Notes under the pieces: model-generated | Databases searched by the model: none | Told to the model about the DNA's origin: nothing | Seen by the model: the letters and a program-made list of their open reading frames with translations, nothing else | In this document: piece after piece, positions 45,954 through 55,967 of the stretch | Layout: every line of letters begins with the position of its first letter | Position numbering within the stretch: the first letter of the stretch is position 1 | Assembly (NCBI GenBank): GCA_002269645.1 | Contig: NIVC01000373.1 | Location: forward strand, 62,001 to 126,000 | Origin: Macrostomum lignano | Lineage: Eukaryota | Direction: 5' to 3' | DNA: 64,000 nt | Translations under genes and position numbers: made by a program

Positions 45954-47247
45954 CGAGGGGCATTCAAAAAGTTTTGGCAACTGCATATGCAGATATACTT
46001 TGGCTCAAGCAAAACACACTAAATTTTAGGGACATTTTTAGTAACATGCCTGAGACCACCATATAAATTTTCAGCTCAATGGCTTCACCCAATATTGCAC
46101 AATTCACACCTAACCATACCTACGTTTCAGCTTCTGACAAATTATGGAAAATATCAGCTCAGAAAACGCGCTTCTACATCTTCATGCGCGCACAACTTGG
46201 AGAAAACGCCACCAAAATCCATGCCGACTTAGCACAGGTGATAGGGGATCAAGCTCCATCTTATCGCACCGTTGCGCGATGGATTGAGGCTTTTGGCGCC
46301 GGCAGGAGCAGCCTCAGTGACGACCCTCGATCTGGGAGGCCGAGCACAGCCGTGACCAAGAGCAACATTGACGCTGTGCAATCGCTGGTGGCTGAGGACC
46401 CAAACATTTCTGTTGCCATGCTGAGCCAGACACTTGACATATCTGAGGGCAGCGTTTTAACCATCCTGCATGAGCAGCTGGGGCTCAGGAAGATCACAGC
46501 TCGTTGGGTGCCACATCAGCTCACTGAGGAGCAGCGCCAGGAGCGGGTTCGCTGCAGTCAGGAGTTCTTGCGCTGCTTCACTTCTGGCGGCACCAAGCGC
46601 CTCTCTGACATTGTCACCGGTGACGAGAAGTGGTTTTACTACTTCCAGGTGCCCAACAAGAGCCAGAACAAGGTTTGGATTGGCGCAGATGAAGAGCGTC
46701 CAACAGTTCTGCGATCAGGATTTCGCTCACGCAAGCAGATGTTCGTTGTGTTCTTCAGCATCTGTGGCCCAGTAGCTGTTGTCATGGTGCCCAAAGGCCA
46801 GAATGTGAACGCCAGCTTCTACACCAGCACTGCCCTGCCAGCTGTGGAGTCAGGTCGCATCCACCTTCACCATGACAATGCGTCAAGCCATTCTGCGGCG
46901 ATGACTTCAGCATTTCTGGAGGAGAACCGGCTGAAAACCATTCGCCACCCGCCCTACAGCCCGGACTTGGCTCCGTGCGACTTCTGGGCCTTCCCGAAAC
47001 TGACCGAGAGGCTGGCTGGGCGCCAATTTCAGAGGCCGCAAGACCTGGCGCGCGCTATCAATTCAGAGTTGAGGGCATTCACTGAATCGGAGTACCGCGG
47101 CGCCTTTGATTCGTGGCTACGGAGGCATCAGAAGTGCATAGAGCGCGGCGGAGACTACATAGAAGGACTGTAAACCCTTACTTTTAGAATAATGAGCTTG
47201 CACTAGATTTTAGTAGCCTGTTGCCAAAACTTTTTGAATACCCCTCG
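45954..47247 (+). mobile_element. Tc1/mariner (DD34D) transposon, 1294 bp, 28-bp TIRs, TA TSD
   Basis: Left TIR CGAGGGGCATTCAAAAAGTTTTGGCAAC; right reverse complement CGAGGGGTATTCAAAAAGTTTTGGCAAC (1 mismatch). TA at 45952-45953 and 47248-47249. Confidence 0.96.
46079..47173 (+). CDS. Mariner transposase (364-aa ORF; native start probably 46144, with a small frameshift)
   Basis: HTH region, WVPHQL, TGDEKW, HHDNA and YSPDLAPCDF, with 34 residues between D2 and D3. Confidence 0.92.
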   Translation: MASPNIAQFTPNHTYVSASDKLWKISAQKTRFYIFMRAQLGENATKIHADLAQVIGDQAPSYRTVARWIEAFGAGRSSLSDDPRSGRPSTAVTKSNIDAVQSLVAEDPNISVAMLSQTLDISEGSVLTILHEQLGLRKITARWVPHQLTEEQRQERVRCSQEFLRCFTSGGTKRLSDIVTGDEKWFYYFQVPNKSQNKVWIGADEERPTVLRSGFRSRKQMFVVFFSICGPVAVVMVPKGQNVNASFYTSTALPAVESGRIHLHHDNASSHSAAMTSAFLEENRLKTIRHPPYSPDLAPCDFWAFPKLTERLAGRQFQRPQDLARAINSELRAFTESEYRGAFDSWLRRHQKCIERGGDYIEGL

Positions 47248-47719
47248 TATATCGGCGCCATGGTGTGGAAGGCGGACATGAAGGACACCAGCAGCGGCAG
47301 GCTGCACACCCGCCAGTGGAAGCGGCCAACTGGCCACCCTGGCTGAGAATCTTCTCCATCACTGACAGGCGAGCACTCAGCGAGGCTCTGGGTCACACGC
47401 GAGCTGCAGCCAGCGTTCAAATAAAAGCATCCCAGCTGCGCGCCACCCCGGGCACTGCCGCCATTGTGTGGAGCCGGTTCGCTCCAGTCAGCCTTTGATG
47501 CTCTCTGGCATTTTCCACTCGGAAAAAAAGCTGCTAGATACTACTGCCGCCTGAGCAGCTGGAGCACCCCAGCCATTTTCCACTCTGTTCACCGGTTTTC
47601 CACTGGCAATTGAAGCCACTACAAATCCACGATGGACTTTGAGTTTATCGCCAGCGCATGCGGGACCTTCAACTCGATAAACTGGTACTTGAATTCTGCT
47701 TTGTTGGTTGAAATCATCG

Positions 47720-48290
47720 GGGAAACCCCGTGCCAGTCAGGGGAATCCCCGGTGGCCAGCGACAGGGATTGCCAGTCAGGGGAGCCCCGGTGGCCAGCGA
47801 CAGGGATTGCCAGTAGGGGAATCCCTGGTGGCCAGCGACAGGGATTGCCAGTCAGGGGAGCCCCGGTGGCCAGCGACAGGGATTGCCAGTAGGGGAATCC
47901 CCGGTGGCCAGCGACAGGGATTGCCAGTCAGGGGAGCCCCGGTGGCCAGCGACAGGGATTGCCAGTCAGGGGAATCCCCGGTGGTCAGCGACAGGGATTG
48001 CCAGTCAGGGGAATCCCCGGTGGCCAGCGACAGGGATTGCAGTCAGGGGAGCCCCTGTGGCCAGCGACAGGGATTGCCGGTCAGGGGAGCCCCGGTGGCC
48101 AGCGACAGGGATTGCCAGTCAGGGGATTCCCCGGTGGCCAGCGGCAGGGATTGCCAGTCAGGGGAATCCTCGGTGACCAGCGGCAGGGAGTTCCAGTCAG
48201 GGGAATCCCCGGTGGCCAGCGGCAGGGAGTTCCAGTCAGGGGAATCCCCGGTGGCCAGCGGCAGGGATTGCCAGTCGGGAATCCCCGGTG
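47720..48290. repeat. 38/39-bp minisatellite (CAGGGATTGCCAGTCAGGGGAATCCCCGGTGGCCAGCGA), about 14 copies
   Basis: Direct tandem unit. Confidence 0.95.
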
Positions 48291-48639
48291 CCACTGCTGG
48301 CCTGCAGCAGGTACATGTAAAGACTCAAAACAAAAACTCTTTTATTTTGAATTTTCAATAAAAAAGCCGCAGAACTTCGCAGCCCGCAGAGGCCGCTCTC
48401 TGATGTATTTAAGTAGCAAATGCAACACAAACGCGAATGCACAACAGCAAAATGGCATACATTTAGGAATTCCGCCGACAGTCAAATAGAACTCATTCAC
48501 GTAGAAGCAGGCAGGTCAAAGCTTTTAAATAATTGAAGATAAGCGAGATGCGCATCACCTTTGCTATGGAATAAGGGGAATCAAATGATGAGAATGGGGA
48601 ACACCATTTGCTATGAAACAGGACATTTTACTGTTAGGG

Positions 48640-48880
48640 AACAGGGGAATCCGCTTTTATAAAACATGGGAAATCCCGCTGCTATGGCACGTGGGAAATC
48701 CCATTGCTATGGAACGTCGGAAATCCCGTTGCTATGGAACGTGGGAATCTTCCGTTGCTATGGAACGTGGGAAATCCCGTTGCTATGGAACGTGGGAATC
48801 TCCCGTTGCTACGGAACGTGGGAAATCCTGTCGCTATAGAACGTGGGAAATCCCGTCGTTATGGAACAGGGGAATCCCCT
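48640..48880. repeat. ~25-bp minisatellite (GTTGCTATGGAACGTGGGAAATCCC)
   Basis: Direct tandem unit, downstream of the MED27 stop. Confidence 0.9.
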
Positions 48881-48929
48881 TAGACCAGACAAAATGTACA
48901 CTTTAAAATGCAGGCCAGAAGCGCTGGAA

Positions 48930-50192
48930 TCAGGCGGCGCACACGGCACTCTTGCAGGCCAGGTGATAGACTGGCCGGTCGTCCTTGCGAAAATCGAACC
49001 AGGTGGGCGGCAGCTGGTCCCGCAGGATGCGGTCGCAGCGGGCGCAGCGCTGCATGAAGAGGTTGCGAAAGGCGCAGAGCCACTTGATGAGCAGCTGCAG
49101 CAGGCTGGTGCCGCCGCCGCTCTGCCTGCCGGCCACCAGCAGCTGCAGCAGGCCGGCCGTCAGCTGGCGGAAACAGCGAAAATGGGAGCTCGGCCAGGCC
49201 TGGTTGGGCCGGGGCAGCGGCTCGCCGAGGCCCAGCACCTGCGGGCAGGGGAGAACCCGAAATGCACATGTATATTGCAGGTATACAGCTGAGCACGAAT
49301 ACGGAGCCAGGGGGGGGGATGGATGGGAAAACTCAAGAGGGGATCAAAGTCTCACCTGAGCCAGGGGGAGCGGGATGAATGGGAAAACTCAACAGGGGAT
49401 CAAAGCCTCACCTGAGCCAGGGGGAGCGGGATGAATGGGAAAACTCAACAGGGGATCAAAGCCTCACCTGAGCCAGGGGGAGCGGGATGGATGGGAAAAC
49501 TCAACAGGGGATCAAAGCCTCACCTGAGCCATCTCAATAACCAGGCCCCTTGTGAACAGCAGCACGTGGAAGCAGTCGGTGGTGACGACGGCCAGATTGG
49601 TGCAGGGCGACGCGGGCTCTACGGAGACGCTGAGCTGGCGGTCCGAGTCGCGGTGGTGCCGTTCGCACTGGGTCCGGTAGCTGCGGCTCAGCTCCCGCTC
49701 CAGGAAGTTCCGCATCTGCTGCGACTGCGTGGCCAATTCACTCTGGCGCCCTCCACCCGACCGGGAGGCGGCGGCGGAGGCGGTGGCAGCGGCGGCGGCC
49801 GGGGCGCGGGCGCGGGCGTGCAGGAGGGCGCGGGTGGCCAGGCCGTCGCGCACCAGGCCGCAGACGTCGGCGCGCCAGCGTTCGCCGAACAACGCCTGGG
49901 TTGTGGCGGCGTGCCGCTCCGGGTCGGCGTCAGCCAGCAGGATGTTGGGGTACAAACTGAGCTGGTCGGGCGGGACCGCCTGCTGGTACTGCTGCCTGGC
50001 AACCAGCGCCATCTTCTCGGCCAGCTGGTCCAGGCTCTGCACGCTCTCGGCCAGCTTGCGGGCGGTGGCGGCCAGCTGCTCGAAGCCGGACGACCCGGAA
50101 CCGTCGCTGGCCGGCTGGTGCAGCTGCAGCAGCTCGCCGCGAAGCTCGCGCACGTGCAGCAGGCTCTGGATGGACAGGTGGCTCAGGCTCTC
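48930..50192 (-). CDS. MED27: Mediator subunit 27; exons about 50192-49524 and 49238-48930; no in-frame genomic ATG found
   Basis: C-terminal AWPSSHFRCFRQLT...KWLCAFRNLFMQRCARCDRILRDQLPPTWFDFR..YHLAC matches the MED27 Zn-binding tail (WL..Y..LF..PC..CG..L...LPPTWRDFR..FH..C). The 5' end is inferred. Confidence 0.85.
49300..49530 (-). repeat. 56-bp tandem repeat containing the MED27 exon/donor junction (4 copies plus a partial)
   Basis: CACCTGAGCC at 49353, 49409, 49465 and 49521 (minus strand GGCTCAG|GTGAG). Confidence 0.95.
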
Positions 50193-50274
50193 CTGCGGGA
50201 TGGCGCACAGATTGCCACACAGTGGGGTTCTGATGCTAATGCTTGGGACTAAGAATGTGCTACATGGGATTCAA

Positions 50275-50845
50275 GATACTGCTGAGATCCCAGGTGAGTG
50301 AGACAGGTATCCTACAGGATGAAGCTGTGAGATACTGCTGAGATCCCAGGTAAGTGGGATAGGTATCCCACAGGATGAAGATGTGAGATACTGCTAAGAT
50401 CCCAGGTAAGTGGGATAGGTATCCTACAGAATGAAGCTGTGAGATACTGCTGAGATCCCAGGTGGGTGGGACAGGTATCCTACAGAATGAAGCTGTGAGA
50501 TACTGCTGAGATCCCAGGTGGGTGGGACAGGTATCCTACATGATGAAGCTGTGAGATACTGCTGAGATCCCAAGTGGGTGGGACAGGTATCCTACAGAAT
50601 GAAGCTGTGAGATACTGCTGAGATCCCAGGTGGGTGGGACAGGTATCCTACATGATAAAGATGTGAGATACTGCTGAGATCCCAGGTGAGTGGGACAGGT
50701 ATCCTACAGGATGAAGATGTGAGATACTGCTGAGATCCCAGGTGAGTGGGACAGGTATCCTACAGGATGAAGATGAGATACTGCTGAGATCCCAGGTGAG
50801 TGGGACAGGTATCCTACAGGATGATGTGAGATACTGCTGAGATCC
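50275..50845. repeat. 56-bp minisatellite, about 10 copies, between TBL3 and MED27
   Basis: GATACTGCTG at 50275, 50331 and onward. Confidence 0.95.
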
Positions 50846-50978
50846 CGGTAGGATCCGGAACAGCGGAGGCCTGAGCCAGACTAAGAGCCCTAAGCTATCT
50901 GCAGAACAAACAAAAGACTTGGCCAAAATTGGACCAGAATTCGCGCCCGAATGAATTCAAATCGGGTCAAAAATGCAG

Positions 50979-50984
50979 TTTATT
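50979..50984 (-). terminator. Poly(A) signal AATAAA of TBL3
   Basis: Plus-strand TTTATT, about 57 nt downstream of the TBL3 stop. Confidence 0.55.
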
Positions 50985-51040
50985 TCATTCGCAGGGTCGC
51001 AACTCATGATAAAAGCAAGCAGGCACAGGTAGTGGCATTC

Positions 51041-54000
51041 TCAGGCAGCGGGGTCAGCAGCCAGCAGGCGGATCAGGTGCCGACACGCTGCCAGCTGCTG
51101 CGCCCGCCTTTCGTGCCGCTCGGTGAAAGCGAGGAGGGCGGGCAGGTGGCGCCGCACGGAGGGCCAGGCCAGCAGCTGCTGCGGCGTCCGCACTAGCAGG
51201 AGGGCGTGCAGGGCGCACTGCGCCTCGTGGCAGGTGCGCGAGTTCGAATTCCAGCCGGCGCTGAACTCCAGCAGGCGCTGCTGCAGCGGCTCGTCCAGGC
51301 CGCGCACGAGCTCCGGGTCCAGGCGGCCGCAGCCGGAGGCCGCCACCAAGTCGGCCACGATGCCGCGCGCCCGCGATGGCTGGGCAAGGCTCAGCGCCAG
51401 GGCGAGGGCCTCGGCGAGGCGGCCGGAACCAAGCAGATTCTGAAGGCGCTGCTCGCGCGCCAAAGCGTCAGCGCGGGCTTCAGCGCGCTCGGCAACGGCC
51501 TCGGCGGTGGCATCTCGCCAAAGCAGCAGCCGGCCGTCCTCGCCGCCGGTGAGCCAGTGACCGCCAGAGCCGCTGGTGCCTTCGTCGGTGGCGTCAGCGG
51601 CCGGGGCGGCGTCTCCTAGCGAGGCGATGCACCAGGCGCGGCCGTTGTGGCCCTCCCGGGTGGCCACCGGGGCGCGGTCCCGCACCGACCAGACGCGAAC
51701 AAGGCCGGACTGCGGGGCGGGGTGGGAGTGGCCGAGGTGACAGGGGCGGAGGTGACGGGCGGAGGCGGATGCAGAGGTGGTGACAGGGGCGGAGGCGGAT
51801 GCAGAGGTGGTGACAGGGGCGGAGGTGGATGCAGAGGTGGTGACAGGGGCGGAGGCGGATGCAGAGGAGGTGACAGGGGCGGAGGTGGATGCAGAGGTGG
51901 TGACAGGGGCGGAGGCGGATGCAGAGGTGGTGACAGGGGCGGAGGTGGATGCAGAGGTGGTGACAGGGGCGGAGGTGGATGCAGAGGTGGTGACAGGGGC
52001 GGAGGCGGATGCAGAGGAGGTGACAGGGGCGGAGGTGGATGCAGAGGTGGTGACAGGGGCGGAGGCGGATGCAGAGGTGGTGACAGGGGCGGAGGTGGAT
52101 GCAGAGGTGGTGACAGGGGCGGAGGTGGATGCAGAGGTGGTGACAGGGGCGGAGGCGGATGCAGAGGAGGTGACAGGGGCGGAGGCGGATGCAGAGGAGG
52201 TGACAGGGGCGGAGGCGGATGCAGAGGTGACAGGGGCGGAGGTGGATGCAGAGGTGGTGACAGGGGCGGAGGTGGATGCAGAGGTGGTGAAAGGAGCGGA
52301 GGTGGCAGGGACGGAGGCGGATGCAGGCGGGTGGCAGGGCGAATATTCAAACACAGGCAGGCTTGGCGACAAGCTGCACCCAAACTCGCACCTGATCCAC
52401 TGTGACAAGGTGCTGTGAGCCCAGCCAGTCGAGGTCGTACAGCGGGTGGTCACCCTGCAGGCAGCGGTGGCAGCTGAGGTCGCGCAAGTCCCAAACTCTG
52501 GCACAGCAGTCGGCGGAGACGCTGGCCAGCAGCTGCTGGTGCCGGCTGAATTTGACGCTCCAGACGCCCCGCTTGTGGCCGGAGAGCCGCCCGATGGGAC
52601 GCAGCTTGGGCAGCGACCAGAGCGACACGGACTTGTCCCGGCTGCCTGCGGCCAGCAGGGTGTCGTTAGGCGACACCGCCAGGCAGTTGACGGCCTTCTC
52701 GTGCGGCCTGGTCACCATGGCAACCACGGTCGGCCCGGAGTCGGTGACGCGGAAGGCTTTGATAACGGGCGTCTCGCAGGCGGAGGCGGCCATATTGCCG
52801 TCGGCAGTAGCGGCCAGGGCGGTCACGTGACCCTCGTGGCCGGGCTCCAGGTCGCCAATGTGGACGGCGCGCACGCCGGCGAGGCTCTGGCCGGCGACCT
52901 CGAGGCGGTGAAGGCGGACCCGGCCGCCCTTGGCAGCGGTGAGAAGGCGGTTGCCGGGCAGCAGCGAGCAGCAGATCAGCGAGTCCAGCTCGCCGTGCAG
53001 CTGCAGGGAACGGCAGCGCCAATCAGCGGAGTCGCCCGGCCGCCACAGGAAGACGCGAAGGAAGGGGCCGGAGTCCGTGGCCAGCAGCAGCCGGGTAGCC
53101 GAGGCATCGCCAATTGGCGGGCCCGCCAGCACGCAGGTGACCTCGCCGAGGGCGCCGCACCACTCGGCCTCGAGGCGGCCGCTGCCACTGTACAGCTCGA
53201 CGGAGCCCGCCTGCCTGGCGACCAGCAGGCCGTCGCCCAGCGTTAGGGCGCACTGCACGCTGCCGGGGGAGTACTCCGCGCTCTCCCCGCCGCCTCCGCC
53301 GCCGCCGCTCTGGCCGCCGTCGCCGCGGCTGAGCTCCAGCAGGCAGCGGCGCCGGCTGCTGCTGAGGTCCCAGAACTTGAGCCGGCCGGACTGGCCGCCA
53401 GTCAGCACCAGCCCGCCGGCGACGGCTCCGAGTCCCAGCGACTCCGCCAGGCCTGCCGGGGCGCGGATGCAGCACTCCAGACTCTCGTCGGTGGGTACCG
53501 TTGCTAGGCGAGAATAATTGCTCAGCTGCCAGACAATTAGCACCTAAAATGCGAGAAATAGCGACCTTGGACTTAAATTTAGCATACTACTCTTATCTAA
53601 TAGGTGTAGAATCCTATCCCTGACACCCTAAAACTGATCCCTGACACCCTAAAACTGATCCCTGACACCCTAACACCTGATCCCTGACACCCTAACACCT
53701 GATCCCTGACACCCTAACACCTGATCCCTGACACCCTGACACCTGATCCCTGACACCCTAACAACTGATCCCTGATACCCTGACACCTGATCCCTGACAC
53801 CCTAACACCTGATCCCTGACACCCTAACACCTGATCCCTGACACCCTAACACCTGATCCCTGACACCCTAACACCTGATCCCTGACATCCTAACACCTGA
53901 TCCCTGACACCCTAACACCTGATCCCTGACACCCTAACACCTGATCCCTGACATCCTAACACCTGATCCCTGACACCCTGACACTTGATCCCTGACACCC

Positions 54001-54721
54001 TAACACCTGATCCCTGACACCCTAACACCTGATCCCTGACATCCTGAAATCCGATCCCGGACACCAAAACCGGCCTCACCTGATCCCTGCCGCTGGTGAC
54101 GGCCCAGCCCTCGTCCATCAGGCACAGGCCGGTGACGGCGCTCTGGTGGCCTTCCAGCGCTCCACTCAGCTCGGCAGAGGTGGCGGACCAAACGCGCACC
54201 CGATAGTCATGCCCGTCAGCTGAGAACAGTTGGCCCGCAGCGAGGCGCAGGAGGCTGAGCAGGCCGGAGTGCCCCCTGCAGGGCCGGGTGTCGCCGTTTC
54301 CCCGATCCCACAGCCGCACGGCGCCGTCCGAGCTGCCACTGGCCAGCCGTCGACCGTCCTCGCTGACGGCCAGCAGGGTGATGGGGCTGCGGTGGAAGCT
54401 GCGCCAGGTGCTGCCTGTCTCGCCAGTCTGCCAGTCCCAGCGGCGCAGCAGCAGCTCCTTGTTGGCCGTGTAGACGGCCGAGTCCGCCGGCGACACCGCG
54501 ACTGCCGTGACCTTCTCCGTCTGGCCGACGAGCTCCCGATGGATGCCGCAGTCTGTGGTGTCCACCACGAACAGCGAGGAGCCGTCCGAGGTGTTGCGCT
54601 GGCAGATGACGTGGCGCCCGTCGTGTCCAGCGTGAATCGCCGACCCCGGCGAGTGGAACGGGCGCAGCTCGGACACCTGACGGAGCTCCACCTCGTCGGG
54701 CGGCGAAGATGCTGAAGTCAT
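51041..54721 (-). CDS. TBL3: Transducin beta-like 3 / UTP13 (WD40 repeats + Utp13 domain), about 820 aa; exons 54721-54080, 53543-52392, 51709-51041
   Basis: Multiple WD40 repeats; HEKAVNCLAVSPNDTLLAAGSRDK and GHKRGVWSVKFS; C-terminal WNSNSRTCHEAQ..LLAFTERHERR (Utp13 domain). All exons are phase 0. Confidence 0.92.
51740..52310. repeat. 30-bp minisatellite (GAGGTGGTGACAGGGGCGGAGGCGGATGCA), about 19 copies, TBL3 intron 2
   Basis: Direct tandem unit; source of the mucin-like and extensin-like spurious ORFs. Confidence 0.96.
53618..54050 (-). repeat. 22-bp minisatellite containing the TBL3 exon 1 donor junction, about 19 copies
   Basis: Minus-strand unit CAGGGATCAGGTGTTAGGGTGT shares CAGGGATCAG|GTG with the real junction at 54080/54079. 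Confidence 0.93.
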
Positions 54722-54733
54722 GCCGGGCTGATG

Positions 54734-54750
54734 CTGCATAAAATAGAAAG
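54734..54750 (-). promoter_or_regulatory. Splice or trans-splice acceptor 12 nt upstream of the TBL3 ATG
   Basis: CTTTCTATTTTATGCAG|CATCAGCCCGGC-ATG. Confidence 0.5.
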
Positions 54751-54814
54751 CCGGCTGCGTATTGTGGCCGCTCCTCTGCCTGCTCAAAGTGTGAAAATCA
54801 GCTGTTGATACTGG

Positions 54815-55365
54815 CTCATAGAGTGGCAATCGGCTACTCCTACCTGCTCATAGAGTGGCAATCGGCTACTCCTACCTGCTCATAGAGTGGCAATCGGCTA
54901 CTCCTACCTGCTCATAGAGTGGTAATCGGCTACTCCTACCTGCTCATAGAGTGGCAATCGGCTACTCCTACCTGCTCATAGAGTGGCAATCGGCTACTCC
55001 TACCTGCTCATAGAGTGGCAATCGGCTACTCCTACCTGCTCATAGAGTGGCAATCGGCTACTCCTACCTGCTCATGGAGTGGCAATCGGCTACTTCTACC
55101 TGCTCATAGAGTGACAATCGGCTACTCCTACCTGCTCATAGAGTGACAATCAGCTACTCCTACCTGCTCATGGAGTGACAATAGGCTACTCCTACCTGCT
55201 CATAGAGTGACAATCGGCTACTCCTACCTGCTCATAGAGTGACAATCAGCTACTCCTACCTGCTCATAGAGTGAAAATCGGCTACTCCTACCTGCTCATA
55301 GAGTGACAATCAGCTACTCCTACCTGCTCATAGTGACAATAGGCTACTCCTACCTGCTCATAGAA
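54815..55365. repeat. 32-bp minisatellite (CTCATAGAGTGGCAATCGGCTACTCCTACCTG), about 17 copies, between CDK5 and TBL3
   Basis: CTCATA at 54815, 54847 and onward. Confidence 0.96.
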
Positions 55366-55967
55366 TGACACAAGGACGCGAACGGTGAATAAGTGTGTGG
55401 GCCAGCGGTGCCACCCAGTAGGCATATATGGAAATCGCATATATTTTATATTTAGTAATTCGCAGCATCACGAATCGGTGACCAGCCAAGCTCTGAGAGC
55501 GGATCACAGAGTACGCGGGAGGGGGGAGGGCAGGCCGGGCAAATCGGGCATTCGGATTATGCAATCATTTTGAGAACCTCAGCTGACCTGGCGAGTTGAT
55601 CCGACAAGGCCAGACAGAGGCAGTGGAACATACCAGAATTAGTAGCACAACACACGACACCGAATGACTAGAAGCGGTAATTGCAGCAGCAATAGCGCAG
55701 TACACTAGCAGCTAAGCCTAGGAGTCAACAGGCTAAACAGGCATGGCAAAATTCCGTGCAAATCAAAGAAAGGATCTGAAAACAAAGAGCGCATCAATAA
55801 CCGCGATTTCTCAATTAAAAACAGAATTGCACATTTGTTCTATACACTCTACTCATAGTAGGCTGAATCAGACAGTAGCAAACTTGCACAATTCGCGATG
55901 ACTGGAGCATCAATAATGAGCTGGACGGGCCGCGCCAGCAGAGCCAGGGGGAGCAGAGACCGGAGGC

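Larger units (their letters stand above)
41420..47359 (-). pseudogene. SLC22 paralogue copy B, disabled; exon 1 47359-45928 (split by mariner), then 44078-43859, 43567-43464, 42892-42632, 42452-42114 and a terminal exon 41498-41420
   Basis: Exons 2-5 have the same lengths as in copy A. Lesions: 1-nt deletion in exon 1, mariner insertion at a TA, TGG>TGA at 43903-43901, and no exon 6-8 equivalents. Confidence 0.88.

Noticed and set aside
51710-52391. Mucin-like insertion in TBL3 (ORF 51041-52504)
   Set aside because: Bounded by good GT/AG sites. Its 682-nt length breaks the frame if retained, and removing it gives a normal-size TBL3.
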